The notes under the pieces: model-generated
The model's database searches: none
What the model was told of the DNA's origin: nothing
What the model saw: only the letters and a program-made list of their open reading frames with translations
Shown: in pieces, positions 1-11,640 of the stretch
Layout of the letters: each line of letters starts with the position of its first letter
Numbering within the stretch: position 1 is the first letter of the stretch
Made by a program: the position numbers and the translations under genes
NCBI RefSeq assembly: GCF_000196355.1
Contig: NC_007614.1
Location: 330,001 to 362,000, forward strand
Direction: 5' to 3'
DNA from: Nitrosospira multiformis ATCC 25196
GTDB taxonomy: Bacteria > Pseudomonadota > Gammaproteobacteria > Burkholderiales > Nitrosomonadaceae
DNA: 32,000 bases

Positions 1-1
1 G

Positions 2-82
2 ATAGTCGAAATAGGCGATGAGGTGCTTGACGCCTCCGTGCGAGGAAAACTGGAAGCCATGGCTGTTGCACTTAAAAGCTAG
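2..82 (+). CDS. atpH: ATP synthase F1 subunit delta, C-terminal fragment (5' end outside window)
   Basis: Reading frame ...IVEIGDEVLDASVRGKLEAMAVALKS* ending in TAG at 80-82, immediately upstream of atpA; typical AtpH C-terminus. Confidence 0.88.
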   Translation: MVEIGDEVLDASVRGKLEAMAVALKS

Positions 83-97
83 GAGTTAACTGAAAAA

Positions 98-1639
98 ATG
101 CATTTAAATCCATCCGAGATCAGTGAACTGATCAAAAGCAGAATTGAAGGGCTTGAAGCAACCGCCGAAGTCCGGACACAAGGCACGGTGGTTTCCGTGA
201 CCGACGGCATCGTGCGCATCCATGGACTGTCTGATGTGATGCAGGGCGAAATGCTTGAGTTCCCGGGTAATACCTTCGGTCTTGCGCTCAATCTGGAGCG
301 CGATTCAGTGGGCGCGGTTGTTCTGGGTGAGTATGAGCACATTACCGAGGGCGATACCGTCAAGTGCACGGGCCGCATTCTGGAAGTTCCGGTAGGAGAG
401 GAACTGATCGGCCGTGTAGTCAACGCGCTGGGGCAGCCCATCGACGGCAAGGGGCCGATAACAACCAAGCACTCCGAGCCGATAGAAAAGATTGCACCGG
501 GCGTGGTGTGGCGTCAATCGGTGAATCAGCCGGTGCAGACCGGGCTGAAGGCGATCGACGCAATGGTTCCCATCGGGCGCGGCCAGCGTGAACTGATCAT
601 TGGAGATCGTCAAACGGGAAAAACGGCAGTAGCTGTGGATGCAATCATCAACCAGAAGGGTGAGAACATGATTTGCATCTACGTTGCGATCGGTCAGAAA
701 GCGTCGTCGATCAGTAACGTAGTGCGGAAGCTGGAAGAGCATGGGGCGATGGAATATACCATCGTCGTGGCTGCCACCGCTTCGGAGTCGGCCGCGATGC
801 AGTTTATCGCCCCTTATTCCGGTTGCACGATGGGCGAGTATTTCCGCGATACCGGCAGGGACGCGCTGATTGTTTATGACGATTTGACCAAGCAAGCATG
901 GGCTTATCGGCAGATTTCCCTGTTGTTGCGCCGCCCTCCTGGCCGGGAAGCCTATCCTGGAGATGTGTTTTATTTGCACTCGCGGCTGCTGGAACGCGCA
1001 GCGCGTGTCAGCGCGGCCTATGTGGAAAAAGAGACGAATGGCGCAGTCAAAGGCAAGACGGGTTCGCTGACAGCCTTGCCTGTGATCGAAACCCAGGCGG
1101 GTGACGTGACTGCATTCGTTCCCACCAACGTTATCTCCATTACTGATGGCCAGATTTTTCTGGAATCCGACCTGTTCAATGCAGGTATCCGGCCAGCTAT
1201 CAACGCCGGTATTTCAGTCTCTCGTGTAGGGGGCGCCGCGCAGACCAAAGTCATCAAGAAACTGGGTGGCGGCGTGCGTCTCGCATTGGCGCAATACCGG
1301 GAACTTGCCGCATTTGCCCAGTTCGCCTCCGACCTCGATGAAGCGACACGCAAGCAGCTTGAGCGCGGCAAGATGGTGACGGAACTGATGAAGCAGCCTC
1401 AGTACTCAACCCTGAGCGTATCCGAAATGGCGCTTACCCTGTTTGCCGTCAACAAAGGATACCTGGATGATGTGGAAGTAAGCCGCGCGTTGGCCTTTGA
1501 ATCTGCACTCAGAGGTTTCATTCGTAGCAAGTATGGGGCAATTCTGGACAAGATAGAGACCACCAAGGATCTGGATGCGGAAACCGAGAAGGAACTCGAT
1601 GCGGCAATCCAGGATTTCAAGAAAAACGGAACATACTGA
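98..1639 (+). CDS. atpA: ATP synthase F1 subunit alpha
   Basis: 513-aa [21 protein letters not shown]..., Walker A GDRQTGKT, strong family resemblance, operon context. Confidence 0.99.
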   Translation: MHLNPSEISELIKSRIEGLEATAEVRTQGTVVSVTDGIVRIHGLSDVMQGEMLEFPGNTFGLALNLERDSVGAVVLGEYEHITEGDTVKCTGRILEVPVGEELIGRVVNALGQPIDGKGPITTKHSEPIEKIAPGVVWRQSVNQPVQTGLKAIDAMVPIGRGQRELIIGDRQTGKTAVAVDAIINQKGENMICIYVAIGQKASSISNVVRKLEEHGAMEYTIVVAATASESAAMQFIAPYSGCTMGEYFRDTGRDALIVYDDLTKQAWAYRQISLLLRRPPGREAYPGDVFYLHSRLLERAARVSAAYVEKETNGAVKGKTGSLTALPVIETQAGDVTAFVPTNVISITDGQIFLESDLFNAGIRPAINAGISVSRVGGAAQTKVIKKLGGGVRLALAQYRELAAFAQFASDLDEATRKQLERGKMVTELMKQPQYSTLSVSEMALTLFAVNKGYLDDVEVSRALAFESALRGFIRSKYGAILDKIETTKDLDAETEKELDAAIQDFKKNGTY

Positions 1640-1642
1640 CCG

Positions 1643-2524
1643 ATGGCAGGCAGCAGGGAAATACGCAACAAGATCAAAAGCGTAAAGAACACGCAGAAGA
1701 TCACGCGCGCGATGGAAATGGTGGCTGCATCCAAGATGCGCCGGGCGCAGGAACGCATGAAAAAAGCCAGGCCATACGGCGAGAAGATTCGCAACGTCGC
1801 AGCCCACATGAGCCGTGCTTACACCGAATACCGCCATCCGTTCCTGATAGAACGCGATACGGTAAAGCGCATAGGCATCATTGTGGTTACCTCCGACAAG
1901 GGTTTGTGCGGTGGACTCAACACAAACGTGCTGCGCATGGCGGTAAGCAAAATGAAAGCCTGGGAAGCGGAAGGCGAACAGATCGAGGTATGCTGTATCG
2001 GCAACAAGGGATTGGGGTTCATGAACCGTATGGGCGCCAATGTCATCTCGCATGCCGTGAGTCTCGGGGATGCGCCGGATCTGGAGCGGTTGATCGGAGC
2101 AATAAAGATATTGCTGGATGGTTATAATCAGGATCGTTTCGACCGCGTATATCTTTTTTATACCCGCTTCATCAACACGATGAAACAGGAACCGGTGATG
2201 GAGCAATTGCTTCCGCTTTCCGATGAACGTCTCAGAGCCAGTGATAGACCGACCGGACAGCGTGGCGTGTGGGATTACATTTATGAACCCGAAGCCAAAC
2301 CCGTCATTGATGACATCATGGTGCGATACGTCGAGGCGCTGATTTACCAGGCATTGACGGAAAATATTGCGTCCGAGCAATCCGCGCGCATGGTGGCGAT
2401 GAAGGCCGCGTCGGACAATGCCGGCAACGTCATCAACGAACTGACGCTGATTTACAACAAATCGCGGCAGGCTGCCATTACCAAGGAGCTGTCCGAAATT
2501 GTCGGTGGCGCGGCGGCCGTTTGA
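1643..2524 (+). CDS. atpG: ATP synthase F1 subunit gamma
   Basis: 293-aa [39 protein letters not shown]..., canonical gamma N-terminus, 3 nt after atpA. Confidence 0.99.
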   Translation: MAGSREIRNKIKSVKNTQKITRAMEMVAASKMRRAQERMKKARPYGEKIRNVAAHMSRAYTEYRHPFLIERDTVKRIGIIVVTSDKGLCGGLNTNVLRMAVSKMKAWEAEGEQIEVCCIGNKGLGFMNRMGANVISHAVSLGDAPDLERLIGAIKILLDGYNQDRFDRVYLFYTRFINTMKQEPVMEQLLPLSDERLRASDRPTGQRGVWDYIYEPEAKPVIDDIMVRYVEALIYQALTENIASEQSARMVAMKAASDNAGNVINELTLIYNKSRQAAITKELSEIVGGAAAV

Positions 2525-2533
2525 ATAATTTGA

Positions 2534-3934
<1,401 letters not shown>

Positions 3935-4000
3935 TCGAGTTGATGAATCGGGTGGCTGGATAAAGCAGTCATCCCGATTCAATGATGAATGGGAACTAAA

Positions 4001-4420
4001 ATGGGCGTGTTTCACGTTGATATCGTCAGCGCGGAGGAATCCATTTACTCCGGTCCGGCTGAATTTCTGGTTGCGCCCGCAGAAGGAGGTGAGGTGGGCA
4101 TATACCCACAGCACACTCCCATGCTGACGCGCATCAAACCTGGATCAGTACGCATCAAGGCACCGCTGAAAGAAGAGGAATTGGTCTATGTTTCCGGCGG
4201 TATGCTTGAAATCCAGCCAGATATCGTCACTATCCTTGCTGACACCGCGGTCCGAGGCGCCGACCTCGATGAAGCAAAGGCCATCGAGGCCAAGAAGCAT
4301 GCGGAAGAAGCGGTGAGGGATCGAGCGTCTACTCTGGATTACGCACGAGCGCAGGCAGAATTGAGTGAAGCGATTGCGCAATTGGCCGCTATTCAGAAAC
4401 TGCGGAAACGCGGCCACTGA
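4001..4420 (+). CDS. atpC: ATP synthase F1 subunit epsilon
   Basis: [48 protein letters not shown]...; canonical. The upstream ATG at 3989 is also possible. Confidence 0.96.
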   Translation: MGVFHVDIVSAEESIYSGPAEFLVAPAEGGEVGIYPQHTPMLTRIKPGSVRIKAPLKEEELVYVSGGMLEIQPDIVTILADTAVRGADLDEAKAIEAKKHAEEAVRDRASTLDYARAQAELSEAIAQLAAIQKLRKRGH

Positions 4421-4431
4421 TACTCGAACTG

Positions 4432-4470
4432 GAATTGAAAAAGGGCGGTATTTCCGCCCTTTTTCAATTC
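4432..4470. terminator. Bidirectional rho-independent terminator closing the atp operon
   Basis: Perfect 17-bp inverted repeat gaattgaaaaagggcgg-tattt-ccgccctttttcaattc just after the atpC stop, with A-run/T-run built into the arms. Confidence 0.9.
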
Positions 4471-4819
4471 TGCAAATCAATTCCTGAAGTCAAGCTGACG
4501 AGCAGTCAAAAGCTTACGCTCAATTGAACCGCCTGCCTGTAAAGACATCGGTATCACTGCTTCGAATTATAGCTGGGCTTGAGTATGTGGTCTCGTATCC
4601 CCCGTTCATTGCTGCGTTGCTGGAAGGTCCGAGCGGAAATACTTCAATCAGAGCCGCTTGACGGCACGGTTCCAATTTGACACTTCATTTGGATTTGTGC
4701 CCGCTATATGATAAATTAATCCGGTTTCCATTTGTAAATCCGCTTCAACCTCAACTTCCTGCAGTTGATCTACCTTTGCGGGTTGAATATTACACGTTCC
4801 CGCATGTCCTGATATTTTC

Positions 4820-6208
4820 ATGAATGTGTCCAAACTGAACATCGTCGTTCTTGCTGCCGGTCTCGGAAAACGCATGTACTCTGCGCTGCCGAAAGTGTTG
4901 CATCCCCTCGCAGGCAAGCCTCTCCTGGTGCACGTGCTCGATACCGCCCGCGCATTAGCGCCCCATACAACTTGTGTCATTTACGGGCATGGGGGGGAAA
5001 CAGTCCCGCAAACAATAGCGGATGAAAGCCTTATCTGGGTGCCACAGATCCCACAACTCGGAACGGGTCACGCAGTGATGCAGGCGCTGCCTCATATCGA
5101 GAAAGAGGGCATTACACTTATTCTGTATGGCGACGTGCCTCTGACCAGTGTCGAAACATTAAAAAAACTGATCGCGATGGCGGGAAAGCAAACATTAGGT
5201 TTGCTGACGGTAGAACTTCCTGATCCAGCGGGCTACGGTAGAATCGTTCGGCATAGCGAAACGGGTGAAGTCGCCGCTATTGTCGAGGAGAAAGACGCCA
5301 GTGAATCCCAGCGCAGCATCGGTGAAATCAATACGGGCATCATGGCGGTTCCGAATCGCTATCTTCACGGCTGGTTGTGCAAGCTTGAAAACAACAACGC
5401 GCAAGGTGAGTATTATCTGACGGATATTGTCGCGATGGCGGTAAAGGATGGGGTAAAGGTAGCAACAGCCAATCCCGCTTATGTATGGGAAACTACGGGA
5501 GTCAACAGCAAGGTTCAGCTCGCCGGACTGGAACGCATCTATCAGACAGCGCAGGCCAATAAATTGCTGGAGCAGGGCGTAGCGCTGGCTGATCCGGCGC
5601 GCATCGATATCCGCGGTAAACTTTCTTGCGGCAGAGATGTTATGATCGATATCAACTGCATATTTGAAGGGGACGTTCAACTGGATGATGGCGTAAAAGT
5701 GGGTGCTCACACCATACTGAAAGACGTGCGGGTAGCCGCGGATTCGGTCATCGCGCCATTCAGCCTGATAGAGGCTGCGGAAATTGGTCGAAATTGTCGT
5801 ATCGGTCCTTACGCCCGTATTCGGCCGGGCACGCGACTGGAGGATGAAGTGCACATCGGCAATTTCGTCGAAGTCAAGAACAGTGCCCTTGCGGCTGGCA
5901 GCAAGGCAAACCACCTGAGTTACATCGGAGATGCCGTGGTGGGCAGGAGTGTCAACATCGGCGCAGGCACGATTACCTGCAATTATGACGGCGCCAACAA
6001 ATACCAGACCATCATCGAGGATGATGTCTTTGTGGGCTCCGATACCCAGTTGATAGCACCGGTCAGAGTTGCCCGCGGTTCCACGATCGGTGCAGGTTCG
6101 ACCATTACCAGGGATACGCCACCTGATATGTTGACGCTTTCGCGAGCGAAGCAGTTGAGTATCGATGGTTGGAAACGCCCCGTAAAAAAACCGAAGCCCA
6201 AAAATTAA
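4820..6208 (+). CDS. glmU: Bifunctional UDP-N-acetylglucosamine pyrophosphorylase/glucosamine-1-phosphate N-acetyltransferase
   Basis: N-terminal IVVLAAGLGKRMYSALPKVLHPLAGKPL nucleotidyltransferase signature plus C-terminal hexapeptide repeats (EVKNSALAAGSKANHLSYIGDAVVGRSVNIGAGTITCNYDGANKYQT). Confidence 0.97.
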   Translation: MNVSKLNIVVLAAGLGKRMYSALPKVLHPLAGKPLLVHVLDTARALAPHTTCVIYGHGGETVPQTIADESLIWVPQIPQLGTGHAVMQALPHIEKEGITLILYGDVPLTSVETLKKLIAMAGKQTLGLLTVELPDPAGYGRIVRHSETGEVAAIVEEKDASESQRSIGEINTGIMAVPNRYLHGWLCKLENNNAQGEYYLTDIVAMAVKDGVKVATANPAYVWETTGVNSKVQLAGLERIYQTAQANKLLEQGVALADPARIDIRGKLSCGRDVMIDINCIFEGDVQLDDGVKVGAHTILKDVRVAADSVIAPFSLIEAAEIGRNCRIGPYARIRPGTRLEDEVHIGNFVEVKNSALAAGSKANHLSYIGDAVVGRSVNIGAGTITCNYDGANKYQTIIEDDVFVGSDTQLIAPVRVARGSTIGAGSTITRDTPPDMLTLSRAKQLSIDGWKRPVKKPKPKN

Positions 6209-6278
6209 GCATAGCCTTCATCTTTTTCCATCCTTGAACCGCGCCAATTGCTGGTATCTGTAAGAAAGGAGTCTTTTG

Positions 6279-8126
6279 ATGTGTGGAATCGTCGGTGCAG
6301 TCGCAAAAACCAATATCGTCCCCACTCTGATTGAAGGCCTGCGCCGACTGGAATACCGCGGATATGATTCAGCCGGCATTGCCCTGAACAATGGTCGCCT
6401 GCATCGGTTGCGCACCACCGGTCGAGTCGCCGAACTCAGCAAACTTGCGGATGAGCAACACTTCACCGGGGACGTGGGTATTGCCCATACCCGCTGGGCT
6501 ACCCACGGCGCTCCATCCGAGCGCAATGCCCATCCTCATTTTTCCGGAGAGACCCCAAAAGTGGCGGTGGTGCATAACGGCATTATCGAAAATCATGAAG
6601 TGCTGCGGCAGCGTTTGCAGAAGACAGGGTTCGAATTCAGTTCCGAGACCGACACGGAAGTCATCGCTCATCTCATTTCGTCTCATCTCAGGGAAAACCC
6701 GGATTTATTCGAAGCGGTATGCCGTTCGGTGGGCGAATTGCGGGGCGCGTATGCAATTGCAGTAATGGAGGAAGCAAGGCCGGAGCGCCTCATCGTTTGC
6801 CGCAATGGAGCGCCACTGCTGCTTGGCTTGGGCGAAAACGGGATCTACGCTGCGTCGGATGCTTCCGCCTTGCTGCAGGTTACCCGGCGCATGATCTATC
6901 TGGAAGAGGGCGATGTCGCCGAATTGCGCCAGGACGGCTACCGCATCGTCAATTGCCGCTACGATGGCGCCCGCGCAGAAGTCGCACGTGCGGTACAGGA
7001 AAGTGAGCTGACAAACGAAGCGGTGGAGATGGGCCCTTATGCCCACTTCATGCAGAAGGAGATATTCGAGCAACCCGGCGTCGTGGCGAACACGCTGGAA
7101 ATGGTGCTCAATGCGCAATCCATCTCTCCGCGCCTGTTTGGCACCGAGGCGGAGAACATCTTCAAAAATACCAGAAGTATCCTCATCCTGGCGTGTGGCA
7201 CCAGCTATCACGCTGGCGTCGTCGCCCGCTACTGGCTCGAAACCGTGGCCGGAATTCCCTGCAATGTCGAGATCGCGAGCGAATATCGCTACCGTAATCC
7301 GGCGGTTGGAGCAGATACCCTGATCGTGGGCATCTCCCAATCGGGAGAAACAGCGGATACCCTGGCCGCCCTGAGTTATGCAAAATCACTCGGGCATCGT
7401 TACAGTCTGGGGATCTGCAATGTGGCTGAAAGCGCGCTCGTGCGCCAGACGGACTTACGCTTTCTCACCCGGGCTGGCCCGGAAATCGGTGTGGCCTCGA
7501 CCAAGGCGTTCACCACACAGCTTGCCGCGCTGATGCTGCTCACCATGACGCTGGCGAAATTGAACGGCAAACTGTCGGGTGAGAGTGAGCGCCAGATGAT
7601 TGCTGCGCTGCGCCACCTGCCCGTCGCGCTTCAGCACAGCCTGCAGGTGGAGCCGCAGGTGAAAGCCTGGGCGGAAAGATTTGCCGAGAAACGCCATGCC
7701 CTGTTTCTTGGCCGCGGCATGCACTATCCCATTGCGCTGGAGGGCGCGCTCAAGCTCAAGGAAATTTCCTATATCCATGCCGAAGCTTATGCTGCCGGGG
7801 AACTGAAGCACGGTCCGCTTGCGCTGGTGGATAAGGATATGCCCGTCGTCGCCATAGCTCCCAATGATGCACTGCTGGAAAAACTCAAGTCAAACCTGCA
7901 GGAAGTACGTGCCCGTGGGGGAGAGCTCTACGTTTTCGCCGATGCCGATTCCCACATCCAGGAAAGCGAAGGCGTACACATCATTCGTCTGGCGGAACAT
8001 GCGGGAATGCTCAGCCCCATCCTCCACACCATCCCCCTGCAGCTTCTCGCCTATCACGTCGCGCTGCAAAAAGGTACGGATGTGGATAAGCCGAGAAACC
8101 TGGCGAAATCAGTGACGGTGGAGTAA
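6279..8126 (+). CDS. glmS: Glutamine--fructose-6-phosphate aminotransferase (isomerizing)
   Basis: [35 protein letters not shown]... N-terminal Cys amidotransferase plus SIS domains, ending AKSVTVE; start at ATG 6279, AAGGAG upstream. Confidence 0.98.
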   Translation: MCGIVGAVAKTNIVPTLIEGLRRLEYRGYDSAGIALNNGRLHRLRTTGRVAELSKLADEQHFTGDVGIAHTRWATHGAPSERNAHPHFSGETPKVAVVHNGIIENHEVLRQRLQKTGFEFSSETDTEVIAHLISSHLRENPDLFEAVCRSVGELRGAYAIAVMEEARPERLIVCRNGAPLLLGLGENGIYAASDASALLQVTRRMIYLEEGDVAELRQDGYRIVNCRYDGARAEVARAVQESELTNEAVEMGPYAHFMQKEIFEQPGVVANTLEMVLNAQSISPRLFGTEAENIFKNTRSILILACGTSYHAGVVARYWLETVAGIPCNVEIASEYRYRNPAVGADTLIVGISQSGETADTLAALSYAKSLGHRYSLGICNVAESALVRQTDLRFLTRAGPEIGVASTKAFTTQLAALMLLTMTLAKLNGKLSGESERQMIAALRHLPVALQHSLQVEPQVKAWAERFAEKRHALFLGRGMHYPIALEGALKLKEISYIHAEAYAAGELKHGPLALVDKDMPVVAIAPNDALLEKLKSNLQEVRARGGELYVFADADSHIQESEGVHIIRLAEHAGMLSPILHTIPLQLLAYHVALQKGTDVDKPRNLAKSVTVE

Positions 8127-8214
8127 GAAGTATCTATTGAACTGACTATTGGCTAAAGCCGGTTTTCAGCCATATAGTTGCAGTTGCATCCCGGCGGCAG
8201 TGCCCAGCGAACAC

Positions 8215-9198
8215 TCAGGTTGTTTCACCTGTTTGTTCCAGGAGGGTATAGAGATAGTGTACGGCCTCATCCCCGGTGTGGCTGTACCGAACCTTCGCGT
8301 CATAATACAGGGCTATAACAGCGGACACGCTGTCCTGATAGATTTCGAACCCATTCACATCTGCCTCGCGAAAGAAAAATCTTCCATCCATCGCGATGAC
8401 ATCTTCCGCCACGGAGCCGCGTTCTTCCGGATTATCTTTTTCAAATTCCTGCACGAGTTCGTTGTGCATTACAAAGTCGTCAGAAACGGTGAAACAACCG
8501 TTCTCCTCGATCCCATGGATCAGGCATGACAGCAGCAGGACAAGTCTCCTCCTGTCGAGTCCCGATACTTGCTCCCGGGCTTGCCGCCGCACATAATCAT
8601 CCGGGTATATCAAACGGTCCACCACCGCGTCGATCACCGCATCTTCCATGGCAAAAAAAGACCACGCATAGCGTGGAACAACAGTAACGATGGTGGTATC
8701 CGCCTTCAGCGCCTCGATAATCGATTCAATTTTTTCCTGCTGCTTTTCATCGTCGGTACAAAGCAGCAGGAAATACCTTTCCAGCAGTGCGTCGTAATCT
8801 TTCTGCAATTCGCGAATCTGGGCCCCTATTTTTGTTGCCTGATTATCACCCGCCGCCAATTCATCACTGGAGATCAGGCGCATCCCGATAAACCGGTCTG
8901 TACCTCCTGACAGAAATTCGCTCGAATATCTCATCGCGATGTCCGTTGCGCTCTCCCCTGCGCGCCAGAGGTACCAGGTCAGAGGAATATACTTGTCGAA
9001 GGAGGCGAAGATACGTTCGGCTTTGGCATGAAACCGGCCATATAGATCCTGGCAATTTACGTGACAGAAGCCTTGAGTATCCGCAGGCTGGGCCCGTGCA
9101 TGACTGACCAGTTCTGCAAGAATCGTTGCCGGCGTAACCTGATCCCTGATCTGCATTTTTTCCGCCCTCATAACCGTGAATAGGAATTGCCCGAGCAA
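8215..9198 (-). CDS. Hypothetical protein, family not recognised (about 327 aa)
   Basis: Long uninterrupted minus-strand ORF MLGQFLFTVMRAEKMQIRDQ... filling the gap between glmS and rlpA; soluble, acidic composition; start codon uncertain. Confidence 0.75.
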   Translation of the reverse strand: MLGQFLFTVMRAEKMQIRDQVTPATILAELVSHARAQPADTQGFCHVNCQDLYGRFHAKAERIFASFDKYIPLTWYLWRAGESATDIAMRYSSEFLSGGTDRFIGMRLISSDELAAGDNQATKIGAQIRELQKDYDALLERYFLLLCTDDEKQQEKIESIIEALKADTTIVTVVPRYAWSFFAMEDAVIDAVVDRLIYPDDYVRRQAREQVSGLDRRRLVLLLSCLIHGIEENGCFTVSDDFVMHNELVQEFEKDNPEERGSVAEDVIAMDGRFFFREADVNGFEIYQDSVSAVIALYYDAKVRYSHTGDEAVHYLYTLLEQTGETT

Positions 9199-9349
9199 AA
9201 TACACGCTTACATACCATTCTGCCCATCTGAAGCGGAAAATTAAAGCGGAAAGTTCAAATCGGAAACCCTTCTGCGGCTGCTGGATTGCCAAGCAACCGC
9301 CGGATGGGGAGCAGATTTGTGTGGCTTCGCGATGAAAAGGATGTGCGGC

Positions 9350-10543
9350 CTACCGCATCAGCAGCACCGGCTTGATTGACAGCGCTTCGGCGATTTTGTC
9401 CGCAGCCTTTCTGGCCAAGGCACGGTCAGGGTAAGGACCCGCATGGACCTTGAACAGGCCATCCTTTGCAACGATATCCAGGCTGGTCATCAGCGATGGT
9501 AATTCGTTTCTCATGCGGACGACAAAATTATCCGCATTGTCATACGCATTGAAGGCTCCCAATTGCAGGTAGATCCCCGCAGGAACGGCAGCAGGCGTTT
9601 CGGGAGATGAGACAGGAGCGCCTTCGCCGGCAAGGCTGGGGCCGGGGGGCGTATCAGCTACTGCGGGCGCAAAAGAAGCCTGGAACAGACCCGGCTGCGC
9701 TTCATTGGAGTCGGGATCGGTAGGGGGAGTGACCGTCACCGATTGGTCAGCTATGATTCCCTGCCCATTTAGATTGGTGGGAGAGCCGGGGAGAAACCTG
9801 GAGGGGCTGGATGTTGAACCTGGACGCTCGGCAGAGGCAGCTGCGGCAAGCTGCGTGAAACTACCCGTTCCGGGCACAATGGATTCCACTTCGACCAGAC
9901 CGCTGCCCCCACCCAGTACATCCAGTTTATATGCGGCGGTATAGGAAAGATCAATGAGGCGATTGGAGAGGAAAGGCCCCCTGTCATTGACACGCACCAC
10001 CACGGATTTTCCGCTCGTCACGCTTGTCACGCGTGCGTAGCTCGGAATGGGGAGGGTAGGGTGTGCAGCCGTCATGGCATACATATCGTAGACTTCCCCC
10101 GACGCGGTCTTCTGCCCGTGATAGCGGCGCCCATACCAGGATGCCATTCCCCGCGTTTTATAGCGCTCGTGACGCGTCATCGGTTTATACCGTTTTCCGA
10201 GAGCTGAATAAGGCCGCATGGTGGAGGCGCGCAAGGGTTCTTCCCGCGGCACGGCATCAGGGATCAGATGGAGATCGGCTGGCGGATTGTCGCCGGGACC
10301 ATCATCCAGGTAATAACCGCCTCCCTTTTTCTTGCCTCCGAACAGAGTGGAGACCGGTGAAGGCTTCACACTCTTTTCCTCGCTTTTCTCCAGCTTGAAA
10401 AAGGTGCCGCAGCCGGTGAGGAAAACCGGAATAGTCAGTGCAGCCATCCAGGCGGCGCATCGCCTGGCAACCGGCTGGCCTCTTGACTGCGCAGTTGACG
10501 GTATGAGGGACAGGCAGGCAGGGAGTTTATCCATAAGTATCAC
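9350..10543 (-). CDS. rlpA: RlpA-family septal ring lytic transglycosylase lipoprotein with C-terminal SPOR domain
   Basis: Lipobox-like LTGCG, double-psi beta-barrel segment GMASWYGRRYHGQKTASGEVYDMYAMTAAHPTLPIPSYARVTSVTSGKSVVVRVNDRGPF, C-terminal SPOR (YLQLGAFNAYDNADNFV...VHAGPYPDRALARKAADKI). Confidence 0.95.
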   Translation of the reverse strand: MILMDKLPACLSLIPSTAQSRGQPVARRCAAWMAALTIPVFLTGCGTFFKLEKSEEKSVKPSPVSTLFGGKKKGGGYYLDDGPGDNPPADLHLIPDAVPREEPLRASTMRPYSALGKRYKPMTRHERYKTRGMASWYGRRYHGQKTASGEVYDMYAMTAAHPTLPIPSYARVTSVTSGKSVVVRVNDRGPFLSNRLIDLSYTAAYKLDVLGGGSGLVEVESIVPGTGSFTQLAAAASAERPGSTSSPSRFLPGSPTNLNGQGIIADQSVTVTPPTDPDSNEAQPGLFQASFAPAVADTPPGPSLAGEGAPVSSPETPAAVPAGIYLQLGAFNAYDNADNFVVRMRNELPSLMTSLDIVAKDGLFKVHAGPYPDRALARKAADKIAEALSIKPVLLMR

Positions 10544-11640
10544 GTCTTAACAAGCTTCGGATGAGTCTGGATACTCATCAAAATACCAAATCCCAGCAAC
10601 ATTGTCACCATTGATGTGCCGCCATAGCTGATCAGGGGCAAAGGCACCCCTACCACGGGCAGAATGCCGATGACCATCCCGATGTTGACGAAGATGTAGG
10701 TGAAGAAAGTCAGTGTGATGGAAGCGGCGATGAGGCGGGTAAACTGGGTGGAAGCGTTGGCGGCAATCACCATCCCACGGGCGATGAGAGCCAGATACAA
10801 CAGCAGCAGCAGCAAATTGCCGAGCAGACCGAATTCTTCGGAGAATACCGCGAAGATGAAATCAGTGCTTCTCTCGGGGAGGAACGCAAGATGGGTTTGG
10901 GTGCCTTGCTGCCAGCCCTTGCCCAGCACCCCCCCGGAGCCGATGGCAATAGTGGATTGAATGGTATGGTAGCCGGCGCCAAGCGCGTCCTGCGTCGGGT
11001 CAAGAAGCGTCATGACGCGCTTGCGCTGATAATCATGCATCATGGACCAGAGCAGCGGAAGGCTTGCTCCCCCTGCAATCGCCACCGCCGCCATGATGCG
11101 CCAGGATAACCCGGAAAAGAACAGGACATAAAAACCGCTCGAGGCAATGAGCAGCGCGGTTCCAAGATCAGGCTGGCGCAGGATCAACAGTACCGGAGCC
11201 AGCAGCAGCAGGGTGGCCACACCGTAATCCCGCAGCCGCAAGGTTGTCTCGTGCTTGTCGAAGTACCAGGCCATCATCAGCGGTACGGCAATCTTCATCA
11301 GTTCGGAGGGCTGGATGCGGGTTACACCCAGGTTCAGCCAGCGCCTCGCGCCATTGTTGACCTCTCCGAACAGCGCGACGCAGAGCAGCAGGAAAAGGCC
11401 CGCCACGTATAACGGTAAGGCGATCCGCATGATATGCTCCAACGGAATGTTGGCGACCAGCCACATCACGCTGAGCGCGACCAGCATATTAATCGCCTGA
11501 CTCGTGACGCGCGCACTATTGGCATCCGTTGCGCTGAAAAGTGTGATAAGTCCCGTTGCCATGAGCAGGAGAATTCCACAAAGCAGAAGACCATCGATGT
11601 AGCGCGTAAAGTAGTGCCCTGCGTGTGGAAGTCTAGCCAT
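10540..11640 (-). CDS. rodA: Rod shape-determining protein RodA (SEDS glycosyltransferase)
   Basis: Multi-TM SEDS protein with QPDLGTALL, FAVFSEEFGLLG and GIPLPLISYGG-like (GVPLPLISYGGTSM) motifs. MARLPHAG start at 11640 preferred over 11673. Confidence 0.96.
   Translation of the reverse strand: MARLPHAGHYFTRYIDGLLLCGILLLMATGLITLFSATDANSARVTSQAINMLVALSVMWLVANIPLEHIMRIALPLYVAGLFLLLCVALFGEVNNGARRWLNLGVTRIQPSELMKIAVPLMMAWYFDKHETTLRLRDYGVATLLLLAPVLLILRQPDLGTALLIASSGFYVLFFSGLSWRIMAAVAIAGGASLPLLWSMMHDYQRKRVMTLLDPTQDALGAGYHTIQSTIAIGSGGVLGKGWQQGTQTHLAFLPERSTDFIFAVFSEEFGLLGNLLLLLLYLALIARGMVIAANASTQFTRLIAASITLTFFTYIFVNIGMVIGILPVVGVPLPLISYGGTSMVTMLLGFGILMSIQTHPKLVKT

Noticed and set aside
6705-7340. 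211-aa minus-strand ORF opposite glmS, plus several smaller ones nearby
   Set aside because: Contained inside glmS; no independent evidence.
9340-9359. Possible minus-strand terminator at the rlpA 3' end (gatgtgcgg-ccta-ccgcatc)
   Set aside because: The stem has a two-nucleotide bulge and overlaps the rlpA stop codon, so it is too weak to list as a feature.
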